From assembly GCA_030704615.1 (NCBI GenBank), contig CM060732.1, positions 82,646,001-82,710,000 on the forward strand: 64,000 nucleotides of DNA, given 5' to 3'. Positions 25,810 through 40,100 of the stretch are shown in pieces. The DNA comes from Takakia lepidozioides. Lineage: Eukaryota; Plantae; Bryophyta. Both the position numbers and the translations under genes were made by a program. A model generated the notes under the pieces. That model was given only the letters and a program-made list of their open reading frames with translations, was not told the DNA's origin and ran no database searches. Each line of letters opens with the position of its first letter. The stretch's first letter is position 1.

Positions 25810-28171
25810 CTGCAGAAAGGCTAATACGTTTGCCTTCAATGTAGCAGAATGTAGGTGTGCACAAATACTTCTCCACTCAATTTTTACCGTGAAACCGCAG
25901 CAATTTCGCTTCCACTCTCTGTCTCTGAGCACAGCTTGTCGCCCAATGGGTCTCTTTTACAGCTGAGGAGATTTTCTTTCATATCCTTGGCTTCACGATA
26001 CACTCTCTTGCCCATCCAGGATATTGCATGCTGCCACACTCAATTTTTCCTCCATGCACACCATAGCTTCCCAACGCCAATTTTCTTCACCAATCCGAAG
26101 TCCACTCCCCGAGTGTGCTCTTTCTGTCTCAAAGCTAAGCTTGTCGCTCCAGTCTACCGTCGAAGTCCAATTCAGAAGCTAATTCTGATGGAGATAGCAT
26201 CCCGTTCAATATACAGCACCTACACGAGCTGATCTTTGTTTAAAACACCTCCGCTTCATACAGTCCACATTTGCATCCTCTATCCTCCATAAATCACTTC
26301 AGGGCCAACACAAGCTACACAGCAGACAATTCCTCCAAATATTCCTGGCATTCCAGCTTCACCCAATTCCGCCTCTGAGTCCCCACCATCTCGCCGACTC
26401 GGTCTATTTTGAGTTTGCACGGCTTGCTTGAGGGGGAACACGGCTTGTTGCAAACCCGAGAAAGAATGTAGGCCCCACCCTTCTACCCGCGGATAAGACC
26501 TTCTCCACATCGGTTACAAGAGCCAACCAATTGAATATAGCGGGCTCTTCATCACCGACTGAGGGTCCGAATCACCGATCGGGAGTCGGAGGCGATGATG
26601 GGCTGCAGCGCAGTAATTAAGAGAATCTGTGTCCGGGACAATTTGATGCCAGACTGCTGCTTGCCAGTCAAGGCATGCAGGAGATGATTCCGCACGTTCA
26701 GCGCGCATGGGCAACTGTAGACTCGTGGGTTTGCAGTTTGCACTTCTGACATTAGACTCTAGCTAGACATTCCTGGAACTAACACTGTACTTATAGCACG
26801 CGTTAATGTGAAATCTCGAGATTTGCCTGAGCCCATGTATGAACTAGAGTCTAGGAACTCGGGTTGAGGTAGGTGACGAGGATCAGGTCATTGGAGCGGA
26901 ATGAGTACGCAGACATGAGCACATGGGAGCTGCACGGGCAGTGGCAGGATGACTGTGATGAGGTGCAGTCAACACAGCAACCATTCCCCCGAGTTCAACG
27001 TACATTAGTACGGGGGGCTGGCCGCCCCTCCTGTCAACACGTTACCTGCAGCCCACATGTTCTCATTGTTTAAGTGTATATTCTCGTATAATCCCTGACA
27101 TGCTTCTGCTGATCAAACTCCTTGGTTGTCAAAGCTCGGCACCTGCTGTGCTCTGCAAGCAAAACACCTTTTGGAGGTTTGTCAAAACAGGTCAACCAGT
27201 ACTTTGAAGCTGGCACAATGATGCCTGTCCATCCGATACAAAGTTCGTTTGTATACTTAGATGCACAACGTTCTTACAGCATCCCATTCGAAGTCTGCCG
27301 ACAACAGATTTGCCACAGTTGATGGGATAACCACCGCGCACTAAGCCTGTGGATGTATCATGTATAAACCCCTTGGTTCCCCTTCCTTGTTTGTAGTTGT
27401 CATCCACTCTACGTCTCCAGCATCAGAATGCTGTGTACAGTTCCTTCCCCGTCTCTCAACCAAGCTTGGATGGGGGATTCAATTGGTGCCGCTTCGGATT
27501 GTGCTCACAACGGAACAAACGGCTATTTCGGAGAAGGAACTTTACTTGCTAGCGATTCTTTGATGGGTCTGAAGTGAAGGTGAATGACTGGATGGAAGGA
27601 GTACCGATGCCCAGGAGTTTGGGGAAAGAGAATGTTTTCGCTCGCTCGGAGCACTTTTTCGAGTTTTGGTGATTGGCATCCTGGCGGTTGAGGACTCGCT
27701 TGCTCTGTTTCCTTTTGGGTCTGCGGGAAAGAGAGAGGGAGAGAGTTCCAAAGCAAGTGAGGTATACCGTTGATGGTGTCCAGTCTGCATTTTGCAGGGT
27801 TTGTGAAAGATTCTGAATTGGCATGATTTCATACAGCCCATAACATGATTAGCTTTGCTCATGTGAGTTTCGAGCTTTGTCTTCTCCCATCCACCTGCGA
27901 GAGAAAGAAGGAAAGAAATTGTTGCGCATGGTGCGTGTGAGAGAGATTATCATGCCGCGGGAGACCCAGAAGGCCATGGTACAAACGAGAAAAAGAGAGA
28001 GACCAGCGCATGTATTGCAGGGAATTGGGTGTTAATTTATGAGTTCGCGTTGACACCGTGGTTTAAAGAAAGCAGGACATTGTTTCGAGAGTGCTCCTCC
28101 AGCCTAGCTCGCATTTGTCACTGGTTGCACTGCTAGTGCATTGTTGAGGAAAGAGAGCAAAGGTTGAAAGA

Positions 28172-31100
28172 ATGACAACCCTCAGGGACGTAGCAGTATC
28201 AGCCATCGTCAACGGGGTAACCACTGTCGCATTCCTGCTGGGGTTTATAATTCTTCACTTGCAGCCAGTCAATGATCGTGTTTATCATCCGAAGTTGTAC
28301 ATCAAAGGCATTCGAAGGGGGAGCCCGCCTTCCAGCAGGACGCATCGAAGGAGGTCCATAGACAGATATTTTCAGACGAATTGCCGAGAGTATATTAGGG
28401 TTTTCGATTGGGTCAAGGCAGCACTGCGCATGCCTGAGCAGAGTTTGATCGATCAGGCAGGCTTGGATGCGGCGGTTTATCTTCGCATTTATTTGGTTGG
28501 GTGAGTGTTGGCTTTCTTTTGCTGTTTACCACTCTCCTCCTTGCCTCCCCGACCCTCCTCCCTTCCTGCCCATCTGGCCTCGCAGAAGCCATGTGTCTAA
28601 GCATTGAGGATGATGGTAAAGATTGCGTTCTTTTTCTCTAGAAAATCAGGGGGTATTTCCAGATAGCCTGGGTCTTGTATTGACATTAGAAGACTGTCAC
28701 TACACTCTTTTGCCTCAGTTTCGGAGGGAATGCACAATCTGTGATCCACTTAGGTTCTGACTTCTTCGAGGTAATACACCTCTTGCCATACTGAACGGCC
28801 TATCTGCATACCCAAGAGGTGCATGCCCAGTTTTTTTGCTTACACCACCTTGCAAGGAGTGCAGTCGGTAACCTTTTATGTAGCCTATGATTTGGACGCA
28901 GAACCAGCCACATGTGGCCACAATGGCTTGACCCACCAATCTATCTTTTGGAAATCAAAGACAAGTGAATTCTTGACAGAGGTTTTTTCCGTATTTTCAC
29001 CACCTGCCTGTAGATTAGATAGACTCATGAACAGGTGGCTAAATGAGTGGGAGCTTGTGGGATGAGATAGGCTGAAGATTTTTGTGCCACTGTTGGTAAT
29101 TGGTGTTTCTGTTCTGGTCACCGTCAACCTGGGAGCTGGATTCTTACAAGATAATGCGGCAGTGAGTACTGTCCTGAGCTCAAATGTGACAAGTACAAAC
29201 ACATCATCGACCCAGTTGTTATTCAGTAGTATTGACAAACTTTCCATCTCAAATATCCAGAGGGGGTCTAACAGGTTGGTCACATTACTCTTTGGTAGAA
29301 ATGTAGTACTCCTCCTGTCGACACTTTTTTTGCTCGCGTTCATGTTGTTGGCTTCTCTTAAAAAGAGGTATCGTTCCTTACATTCCTCTCAGCAGTGGAA
29401 GTATTCATCGATATATATATTGCGATTTTGTCCCAAAAGGTGGCCATGTCTTACATGTTGGAAGGGATTTGGCCTGCAACAACAAAATGGTCAGAAGTGG
29501 GAGAATAGTCTGTAAATCACCTACGAGTATTGTCCTGATATCTGCCCTGAAAGTAATTCAACTTTCCAGAGCATGATGATGTCTGAAAGCTGATCACCTA
29601 TGACATGGTGGTCTTCCGATAAACCCCAGCCAAAAACTATGATCATCAAAGCTCGCCATATCACCTTTAGACCGTAGGCTGAGGAGATGAACTCTCTTGG
29701 AGCAAATAGTAGGTTTTCTAGAGTAGAGAACAACATCGCTTTGATTTTCAATCTGCTGTCATTGCCCAAGAATAGCTGGAAATGAGGGAGATTCCTACAA
29801 GTGCTTGTTGAAAATCAAAGAGAAGTCTGGAAACATCATTCTGTACTTTCAACTGCTCTATAGTACTATTCCACTGGTTGCATCTGATTGGCAGAAGTTT
29901 GTGCTAGAATAATGGGACCTTGTATTGAGGTGACTTGAGGGCCGCAGATGGGTATGCTGGGTGAGTAAGTTCCGCTTTTGTTTTCTTTTTGTGGAGGGTG
30001 AAGGCTGTGGGCACATCTGGTAATAGCGTATGTGTTTACCGGTTGGACATGCTACGTACTCTTTCAGGAGTACAGGACTGTAACTGCCATGCGACAATGT
30101 TTTCTTGTCGATGAGCACCGTCGGCCTGACCAGTTTACAGTAGGGTTTCTTAAGACTAACCCCTCTCTCTCATTACAAGCATCAACTAGATTCCTACTGC
30201 ACCCTTATTCTCTTAGTTAAAGACTAGACTAGCTGGTATTCCTATATAGCAGCATCTGTCCAATGACTCATAATTCAGATTTGGGTCACCCCTACACTAT
30301 TTGAATGGATTGAGTTTGAACTTTACTGTAAATGCTTGCACAAAGTTGATTCTATGTTAAAGAGCTGGAAACCTGGAAGGGCTGAACAATTTGTGGCATT
30401 GCCCCCTTTTTGAGTGAGCCATGGGAGAGTCCAGCATCTGTTCCATGACTTGCAATTCAGATTTGGGTCATCCCTACAGTATTTGAATGGATTGAGACTG
30501 AACTCTACTGTGAATTTTTGCATGGGTAAAGAGCTGGAAGGGCTGAACAATTTTGTGGCAATGCCCCCCTTTCTGAGTGAGCCATGGGAGAGCCCAATAT
30601 TGATCTCCTCTCCCCCCCAGCCCCACCACATCAACGTTCTCTTTACCTCTTTTCTTAAGCTATCTTCTTTCCCTTCTTCCTGCCACCCCTTATTCTTCCT
30701 TCTGTTCCAAAGTCAGAAGCTGCTGACAGCTGTATGGATGAGAGGAGGTTTGCAGGTCTTGGTTCGGCAAGTGCCCTTAAAGAGCCATGAACCCATCAGT
30801 GCGCTGGTCGAAAAGTACTTTCATACTAACCACCCGGATACCTATTTGACCTATCAGGTGGAGTGAACTCCCTTCTTTCATCAATTTCATGTCATGTAGC
30901 GATGGGAAAAGACAACAGTGTCTCAGAGTGGGGGGAGGAATGGAGAGAGGGAGGAAGGCAGGGAAAAGGGAAGGAAGGAGAAATGAAATGAAATGGTGCT
31001 TTATAACGTCCGCGGAAAGCTCATAGAGCTATGGGACAAAATGGAAAGAGAAGGAAGGAGAGAAAGTTACTGGGACTTGGGACTTGCATTAGCATTAATT

Positions 31101-34100
31101 TGAGTACTTTACAAGAGGATGTTGCAGACTAAACTACCCTCCACTGGCCTTACAGTCTAGTTATATGGAATTGCCCACGCTTTGACTCTATTGTGCAGCC
31201 AAGTGCAATTCAAACCTGCAAACTTTGCCAAAGGACCTTGTTTGTCACACGTACACGGTGAAAAGACATGGCTGCCGTTCGTATGGTAGAGTGTTCCAGC
31301 AAGAAATATACGAGCTGTTGTAGTAAGCTGTATTGTCCACATTAGATGCTCTGGCCTAATGTGCATACATTCTTTTGTTGTAGATTGGTTGACCATTTTT
31401 ATTTAGGATTGAAGGAGGTCTTACTGTAGGTGAATCTACTTGTAAGATTTACCTTTACCTTCTCTTGACCCAAACAGAAGTTTTGGCTGCAATCATGGCA
31501 GTAGATTAAACACCAATAGATGAAATACCACCCTCATTGAGGCCCTCTGATGTACATCTGCGTTATCTTTTAACAGAGGTGTGACCCAAGTCAAACTCCC
31601 CACCTTGGAAGTCGCGCTATAGGCCCCTGGTGCATTCTAGCCACACAGCTTGTGTGGGGTTGCAACCACTCTGGTATGAAAGTTAGATCTTTGAGGGCTG
31701 GAATGGACATCAGACTCAAGCACAATGTCGATGTCAGCACTGGTCTTCATAAGCGAAACAGGAGATGGAGAGATGCAGACCACACACTGTCACACACATT
31801 CCTGGGGATGTTCGCTCAGACCTCAATAGCCAGATAAAGAGCAGACTGTCAGCAGGAAAGGGTGTTTTTGTATGTGTACCCTTCTGCAAGGGGGAGGGCT
31901 TTCCAGACTAATAGAATCTGCTTGGGGATGACAGTTGGTCTACAATGCCAATAAGTTGACAAGGATTGCGAGAGAAAGAGACAAGACCAAAAATTGGTTG
32001 GCTTTCTTTGAGCTGAAGTATGAACGGGACCCATCCAACAGGCCTTCCACCAGGGTGCGGACACATAATCCATTGTTGTCTTGATAATGTTGGTGGCTTA
32101 CCTGTTGTCCTTTCTCTTTCAATTGATATGTTTTCCCACTGTAATATAGTTTCTCTTATTTCTTCTTGGTTATTTTTCTGTGGATTTTGTGATGAGTTAC
32201 TTGACGCGAATTGTAAGAACTATACCTGCCCTACACCTGCCACCCGGCACTTTGTTTGCATTCATACTTTGGTGTCTCCATGTGACTGAATATGTGTGGG
32301 TGTATGTGTTCAGCCATGTTGTTGTGGAGTTTGTGGAAGGCAAGTGGATGCCATCAATTACTATACTGCTCAAATTGAAAGGCTGACAGAAAAAGTAAGA
32401 GCCTGTACATGCACCCCTGGTCTGCATGTCGTGTTGTCAAGCAACTCTACTTTTCCTAGTAAGACGTTGTTTCTATTCACTATCTTGGGTGCTGCAGAGT
32501 GTCCATGCTTAGGCACCCTTAAGGACTAGTAGCAAGCCATCCAAGGTAGTGGCCTGTAAACATTCTGGCAAACTAGTGATTATGAAATGACCACTTATGG
32601 TCAATGGCCTTGCTGGCTACACAGTTGGTAGAGAGTTGGTAGCTCGTCAGTTAAACTTACCAGACCATGCTGCAGAGCACAATGTACAAATGGTATCTTC
32701 TTTATAGATAATTCATGAAGATGAAGGTTGGGCTTTCTTTTCTTCAACTGGTTTTAATCCACCCATTAAATGGAGAAACAAACAGAAACAACTTCAATTG
32801 CCTTCATCTAACACATTTTTCAAGTTGAGAGGTGTTCCAAAGATCGTAGGTCAATGGTCAGTCCACAATCACAAGGTGGATAATAGCTTCCTTGTCTGTT
32901 GGGTCTGGCAAAGGAGAAGGATCTATTCGTTGGTTACCTGATCCTGGATAATGTCTGATCATACATTGCTTGAGGAGTAACTAGGAGCCTGTCACTAAAT
33001 GAGCATGGTTGGCCACTGGAATATGAATGCTTTGCTAAGAAAACACAATTGGCCAGGTGATGACCCACCTTGCTCTAAAATTTAGTTTGATTCCAGGTAG
33101 AGGCTGAGCGATTGGTTGTTCTACGAGACCCCAGCGCTACAATGGCTACAGCTTTTGTTTCTTTCAAATCCCGATGGGGGGCTGCTGTATGTGCTCAGAC
33201 GCAACAAACCCAAGATCCAACACACTGGTTGACCGAGTGGGCACCTGAACCACGAGACGTGTACTGGACAAATCTTGCTATTCCCTACATGGAGTTGGGT
33301 TGTCGGAGGCTGGCAATGGCTATTACGGTCTTCGTGCTGGTTTTCTTCTTCTTGATTCCTGTTGCTTTGATTCAATCATTGGCAAGTCTTGAGGGGCTTC
33401 AGGAATCATTTCCAGGTCTCAGTTATATTCTGCAGAGGTGGGTGCTTCCTCCCATGGATATACAGAATATCTTTCTCCGCTTTTAGAGAGAAAAGGGGCA
33501 AGATATATCAAAGTTCCAGAAACAAACTCTCTCTGAGCTTTCCGCAGACGGTATAAAGCACCATTTCATTTCATTTCTCTTTCCCGAGGACATTTTAAAG
33601 TACCATTTCATGTCATTTCATTTCATGTCATTTCTCTTTTTCTCTCTCTTTAAACTTGCAGCTACGGCTACGTACAGATTAACAATCGGTGTCACCCTGG
33701 CACGAAAAAGTGGCGTTTCGACTTGGTTGTCATCCCAGCTGCTATCTATGGCTGTGAGTTCTGGGCCCCTGGGGTACCGGTTACTTGGTGGGAGAAAACT
33801 CTGGAACCCCTACAAGCATCTTTCCATCAAGAAGGCTTGGGGCTAAAAGTACAACACCTACTCACAGTTTATACGTTGAATTTCCTGCGTACCACTTCAC
33901 TCGAAGCCATACTTTGACTCTCAATCTTCTTCACAAGGCTGCAATCTCTTCCCTGCAAGTGGCTGCCAGTCTGTGCCCTCATGACCTCTATGAGATCTCC
34001 AGTTTCTTTGAGCGACACATCCTGCATGTTGCATCCTGCTGCCACAAAATACAGAAGGTCTTGTTTGGTATTTCTTCCAAACACAACCGCACAAACTTAT

Positions 34101-37100
34101 TGGATAGGAGTTGATGGAATTTCATGTTAGGTGGACCTGCAAACCAGAAGATCTTACAACAAAGTTGAGTTCTATCGTGACACCTTCTAGGACCTACGCA
34201 TTGATAGATTTTCAGAGCCCAATTGTCTGCAACTCTATCTCCATCTCTTCTATGGGCATGGGGCAGCTTCAGGGTGGGCTTACACAGCCTCTGGATAGAG
34301 CCTGGTAGATTGGACAACCTGGAGCGTGCTGACCGCTTGTGCCTGCCTTGCGCTCGGCTTGTGCTAGAGACGACAGAGGGGAGATTGAGACCGAAGAACA
34401 TTTTTCTTTCACTGTCCTATTTACTATGCAATCTGGGGTTCTATCGCCTATTCAGGACAGCTATTCCCAGGCCCAGCTATTCCCTGGCCTAAGCTCTTTG
34501 AGCTTTCTGCAGACATTATAAAGTACCATTTTATTTTATTTCATTTCATTTCTCTTTTGCTTAGGCCTTCAGCTGTAAGGACCAGAAATTATTTGCAGCT
34601 TACCTGCATGAGGCACTTTGTCTTCTGGCGTGTTTGGTGTCTTTTCATATGGGTTTCTTGTCGTTGGGGCCTCTCTTTGAGCTTCCTGCGGACGTTAAAA
34701 TGTTCCATTTCATTTTATTGCTTTCTTTCTGCAATGTGAAGACCGACTAGCCCCACTTGCGCTCAAGCTGGGAAGTACACGGAAATTGAAAGTGAAGAAC
34801 ATTTTTTTCTTTCACTGTCCCTAATACAAGAGATCGGTGAGAGATTCAACCGTCTATTCCAGATACCCAATCTCCATTATGAGGATCAGAAATGCAGGGC
34901 AGCTTACCTGCATAAAGGGTTGACTCTTCGACAATCCCTTGAGCTTCAGTTGCTTTTGGGTTGTTTGTGGCCCCTCTCTCTTTCATGTTTCTTTCTTCCT
35001 CTTTACTACAACCAACGTCAGCAAGGCAATCAAGAAGCTGCAAAATGGCAGGGCATTGGATATTTCAGGGCTACAGGGTGAATTCATCAAGCACGCAGCA
35101 CCCACTTTGGCCCCGTTTATAGCTTACCTCTTCAATGAGGCAGTGCAACATGGCTTTCCAACAGAGTGGACAAAAAGCATCATCCATCCCCTCTTCAAGA
35201 GCGGTGACAGGCTCGCACCGACCAACTATCGCACAATTATGGTGTCATCGTTATTGGCTAAGCTGTTTGGGGCAGTAGTGGCCATGGAGTTGGATGATTG
35301 GGCTGAATCCTCTCACATACGGGCTAAGGGACAAGCTGGTTTCCGTCGCAACAGATCCACTCTTGATCACATCTTCACTCTTCAGGTTATGGTGGAAAGT
35401 GCTCGATTTGACAAAAAACTGGTTTACGTCTGCTTCGTTGACATTCACAAGGCTTTTGATTCGGTTCCTCGCGAACTTCTTTTCCAAAGGCTCCAGAAGG
35501 TGGGAGTCCCTCAACACATTCTCTATGCTATTTCCTCCATGTATGAGATCGTCACTGGCATGGTCAATATCGCAGGGGAATTCTCAGCTGAGGTCCATAG
35601 CAACATTGGGGTCAAACAGGGCTGCCCCCTCTCGCCTACCCTATTCGGAATCTACATTGACGCCTTGGAAGTCTACATCTCAAAAAACCATGGAGTTGGT
35701 GTGCCATTGGATGGGAGGACCAACACAATCAGATCTCCTCTACGCGGATGATGTTGCCCTTTTGGCACAATCTCCTATCTTCCTACAACGCCATCTTGAC
35801 ATCTTGGAACAGTTCTCCAATGACTATGGGTTGCAAGTCAACCTTACAAAAACCAAGATCATGGTTTTCAATGGTCAGGCCGACGGCAGATTCTTCCTCA
35901 ACAATCGGGAGGTGGGGATAGTCAAATCCTACCGATATCTGGGGCTGGTTATCCACTCCCCCAAATTCCACTTTGCAGCCACTGCCCTGGACAGATTGAC
36001 AAAAGGCAAGGCAGCCTCCATCTGCCTTCAGGCCAAATGCAAGCAGATACACCTGCGCCACCCACCGACCAAGAAGTGGCTGTTTGATAGCGTAGTCACC
36101 CCAAATGCCACTTTTGGTTGTGAATTTTGGGCACCTGCAGTCCCAGTTTCCTGGTGGGAAAACAATCTGGAACCATTGCAGTCATCTTTCCTCCAAGCAA
36201 TGCTTGGCGCCAGAGGCACAACTCCATCGCACATATTGAATGCAGAATTCGCCTGTGTGCCACTCCAAACTGAGGCCCTCTTCCGGCTTACAATTTTCCT
36301 GCATAGGTTACAAGGCCTTCCCCCCAAGGGGCTTGTGGCCAGGGCCCTCACAACATCTATGAGACTAAAAAATGCAGGCTTCAAACAATCCTGGTATGCC
36401 CGTGTGGATACCTTTTTTTAACTCCATGGACTCTCTATAGCTTCACTTTTGCCAGTGAACCCAGAAGAGGTGGAAATCACATCCAGACATGACCGCAACC
36501 AACTCATTAGAAAGGAGCTCATGGAGTTACATGTCAGGAGAACTTGGAAGTTACCCAACCTCACAACAAAGCTCCATTTCTATCGAGAAACATTCTTGGT
36601 TCTCCGGGATGATAGAATCTTGCAGCCCAATTACCTTTCGGCCTCTTATCTCCTTCTCTCCTGAGGACTTTGGGGCGGTTCAGGGCGGGCTCCCACAACC
36701 TACGGATAGAGACTGGCAGATGGGAAAACCTGCAGCGGGAGGACCGCCTATGTCCTGCTTGCACAGGGCGCAACCAGGAAATTGAAACTGAAGAACACTT
36801 CTTCTTCTATTGCCCCCTATACTATGAGATCCGTGGGAGATTCCATTGTCTATTCCGTGGAACCCAATCTCTCACTGAAGTCTTCCACTATGAGGGTCAG
36901 AAATGTTTGGCAGCCTACCTGCACGAGGCATTCACCCTTAGACAATCACTCGAATAGTTCTTTTCTCTGACTCTGGTTTTCCTATTTTCTCTCATGTTCT
37001 TCCTTCCATTTTGTCCCATAAGCTCTATGAGCTTTCCGCGGACGTTATAAAGCACCATTTCATTTCATTTCATTTCATTTTCTTCCTCTTGTCCCATAAG

Positions 37101-40100
37101 CTCTTTGAGCTTTCCAGGGACTGTGTAAAGTACTATTTTATTTCTTCGTATCTCTCTTTTTGTTTTTCTCTGTTTTTCTTCCCATTTTGTCCCATAAGCT
37201 CTATGAGCTTTCCGCAGACGTTATAAAGCACCATTTCATTCATTTCATTTCATTTCTGTTTATACTTTGTCCATGACCCACTTGGGACCCCTTGGGACAC
37301 CATGAGTACTTTCTTTTCTATCTGCATGAGGCACCTGTCTTCAGGCAACGTTGTTCTTTGGTTCTTATTGTTCAGCACCTCAGGTCATTTTAGTATGATC
37401 AATGCTACGTTGACAAGTCAGTGGTCAAGTTGACTGTGTGCAATCACAGTGGCTTTCCTGCTGAGTTTATTGTTGTAAGGCACTGACTTCCTTTTCGTAA
37501 GGCGCCAGTTTCCTGATACAACTCACAAGAAAATTTGCCTACCTTGCAAGTCCTGGCGACCACCGCTTCCACCAAGCGACTGATGGTATCTTCTGACAGC
37601 TCCGTGGTCGCCCGAGCCATGTTCAATTGCCGGGGCTTCGTGCACTTCTTGGCCATGTGCCGGGCTCCCCGCAATTGAAACACACTCCATCAAAGGTCGC
37701 CTTCTGTCCGCCATGTGCCGGGCTCCCCGCAATTGAAACACACTCCATCAAAGGTCGCCTTCTGTCCGCCATAAGCCGCTCCACCCGCTTTTCCTTTCGG
37801 AGCACCGGGTGCCGCCTTGACGTGTGAAGGCCCTCCCTTCGATTTCCACGTGCCATTATCGCCGCGTGGCCTATCCCACTTCTTTTCCGGTCGGAAGGAG
37901 TCACCTTCCCGCCGAATCTTCTTGTGTGCTTCTGCAGCATGAGAGGGATGGGTCTCAGAAAGCCATGGTTTTGTGACAAAACTGCTTGCATGAATTTCTA
38001 TGGAGTCCCACTTTGAAGTTGAGATTGCGTTCCATACCGTGTTATGAGCAGCGACTACTCTCTGACCATTTTGTGGAGTTGCAAGTTGAGATTGTCAGTT
38101 TATTAAGTTCCCTCTGCAGAGGTATGAGCAGTGACTACTCTCTTGTATACCTCATGGCACCAGCAGGGTTAGGAAGGAGGGAAACGACGTGTGTTTCAAG
38201 AAAAACCTGTGCACCCTGTTGAGAACATTCATCGTGACAGAGAAAGACATTCGAATGAATATATAAATAGGATAAGATGAGTGTAGTCATGGTGAGCATG
38301 CGGTGTGCAACCAAGAAAGTTGTCCTACTTTTGAAGTTTTGTGACCAAGAAGGTCACACTTAGTGAAGCTATACTAAAGAAATCTTCTCCACCCACACCT
38401 TCATCACTTGGGGTGTGACATGTACAATGGAATGTAAGTTCTAGCTGAACAATTGTATGTGCACCTGATCGTTAGTTCCTCTCTCCCAGCCCCTGCTTTG
38501 TTAAGTGGGTATGATAAGAGGGAAGACGAAGTCAAGGGCTCTTTGAGTTAGACAAAGAGGAGTCGTCCTCCACGTCCTCCAACCAAGCGCGGTAGCCGTC
38601 TGTGGATGGTTTCAAAAAAATTCTGAGCACAAAGGACTCCATTGCTTCCCTACCGCCACAAATACGGAGGGGGTGGATATTGCGCCCAAACAGGACTGCA
38701 ATAGATGCATCAGAAGAGAACTTATGGAACTGCACGTCAGGCAGACATTCTAACAACAAAACTGCAATTCTATTGGGAGACATTCTTGGTTCTCCGGGAC
38801 AATAGGATCTTGCAGCCTAATGACCTATCTACAGCTCTATCTCCCTCTCTTGTGAGGGCATTGGGAGGTTCAGGGTGGGCTCCCACAGTCTGCGGATAGA
38901 GATTGGTAGGTGGGAAAATCTGCAACTTGATGACCGACTATGCCCTGCTTCGCTGGGAATTACAGGGAATTCGAAAGTGGAGAACATTTCTTCTTTCACT
39001 GCCTTTATACTATGAGATCCATGGGAGATTCAACTGTCTATTCTGGGATACCCAATCTCTCACGGAGGTCTTCCATTAGAAGGATCAGAAATGCTTGGCA
39101 GCTTACCTGCATGAAACGCAGACTCTTAGACAATCCCTTGAGCTTAGTTGATTTTGTTCGTGGCCCCCCTCTCTTTCTTGTTTCTTTCTTCCTCTTGACC
39201 CATAAGCTCTTTGGCTTCCCATGGACGTTATGAAGTATCATTTCATCTCATGTCTCCTGTAGTTCCATGGACCCTGGACCGTGTGTGCCCCTTGAATGTC
39301 TTGCTTGTGTCTTGGTTGTTCTCCCCTCTTCTTTCTCTCCATCCTGAAGAAATCAGAATCTTGAACACTAAGTTTCAAATTCAACTTAAGCCAGATAGTT
39401 CATAATCAAACGCTCCAGACAAAGTGGGTGCGGCACTTTCCCCGAATATACCAAACATTTCTTTGTGGAGTGACTACATTATTATTATTATTATTATTAT
39501 TAGGGGCATAGGTGCTATCTGACTGCCTGGGGCTTTGAACACTATCAATGATTGAATTTTGTTCGTTTGAATGAAAGCTGTCGCCAATTTATATATTGTT
39601 TATTAGAAGATTGCCTTACATTTTAGTCAAGCATGTCCTTGTTAGTGTCTAATCTCTCCTGGTATTTCATATAGAGGGAGTTAAGGCTTGTTGTTGGGTT
39701 TCACTTTTTTGGACAGGCCGCTCTTTGCTTCATTTGTTCAAGGGTTCCTGCCAGGGTTCATCCTGAAGTTATTTATGATGATCCTCCCAACCATAATTAT
39801 GGGTGTATCCAAGATGGAAGGCCATTTATCTTTCTCAAGACTAGACAGGACGTCAGCAGCAAAGCTCTACTATTTTATGGTAGTCAATGTCTTCTTTGGG
39901 AGTATACTCACTGGGTCTGCATTTTCGGAGCTCAAAGCCTTCGTTAGTTCATCATCAGTTCTCAGGTATGCCTCGACAATCTTGCTTTGTTTGTTCTACA
40001 TTGTCCCATGGGCCCGCGTGGCCCCTCTGTAATGTTGTAGATTCTCCGTCTCTCTTTACTTCTATCTGTTTTGCTCTGTGTTCGTCCATGTGCACATCTC

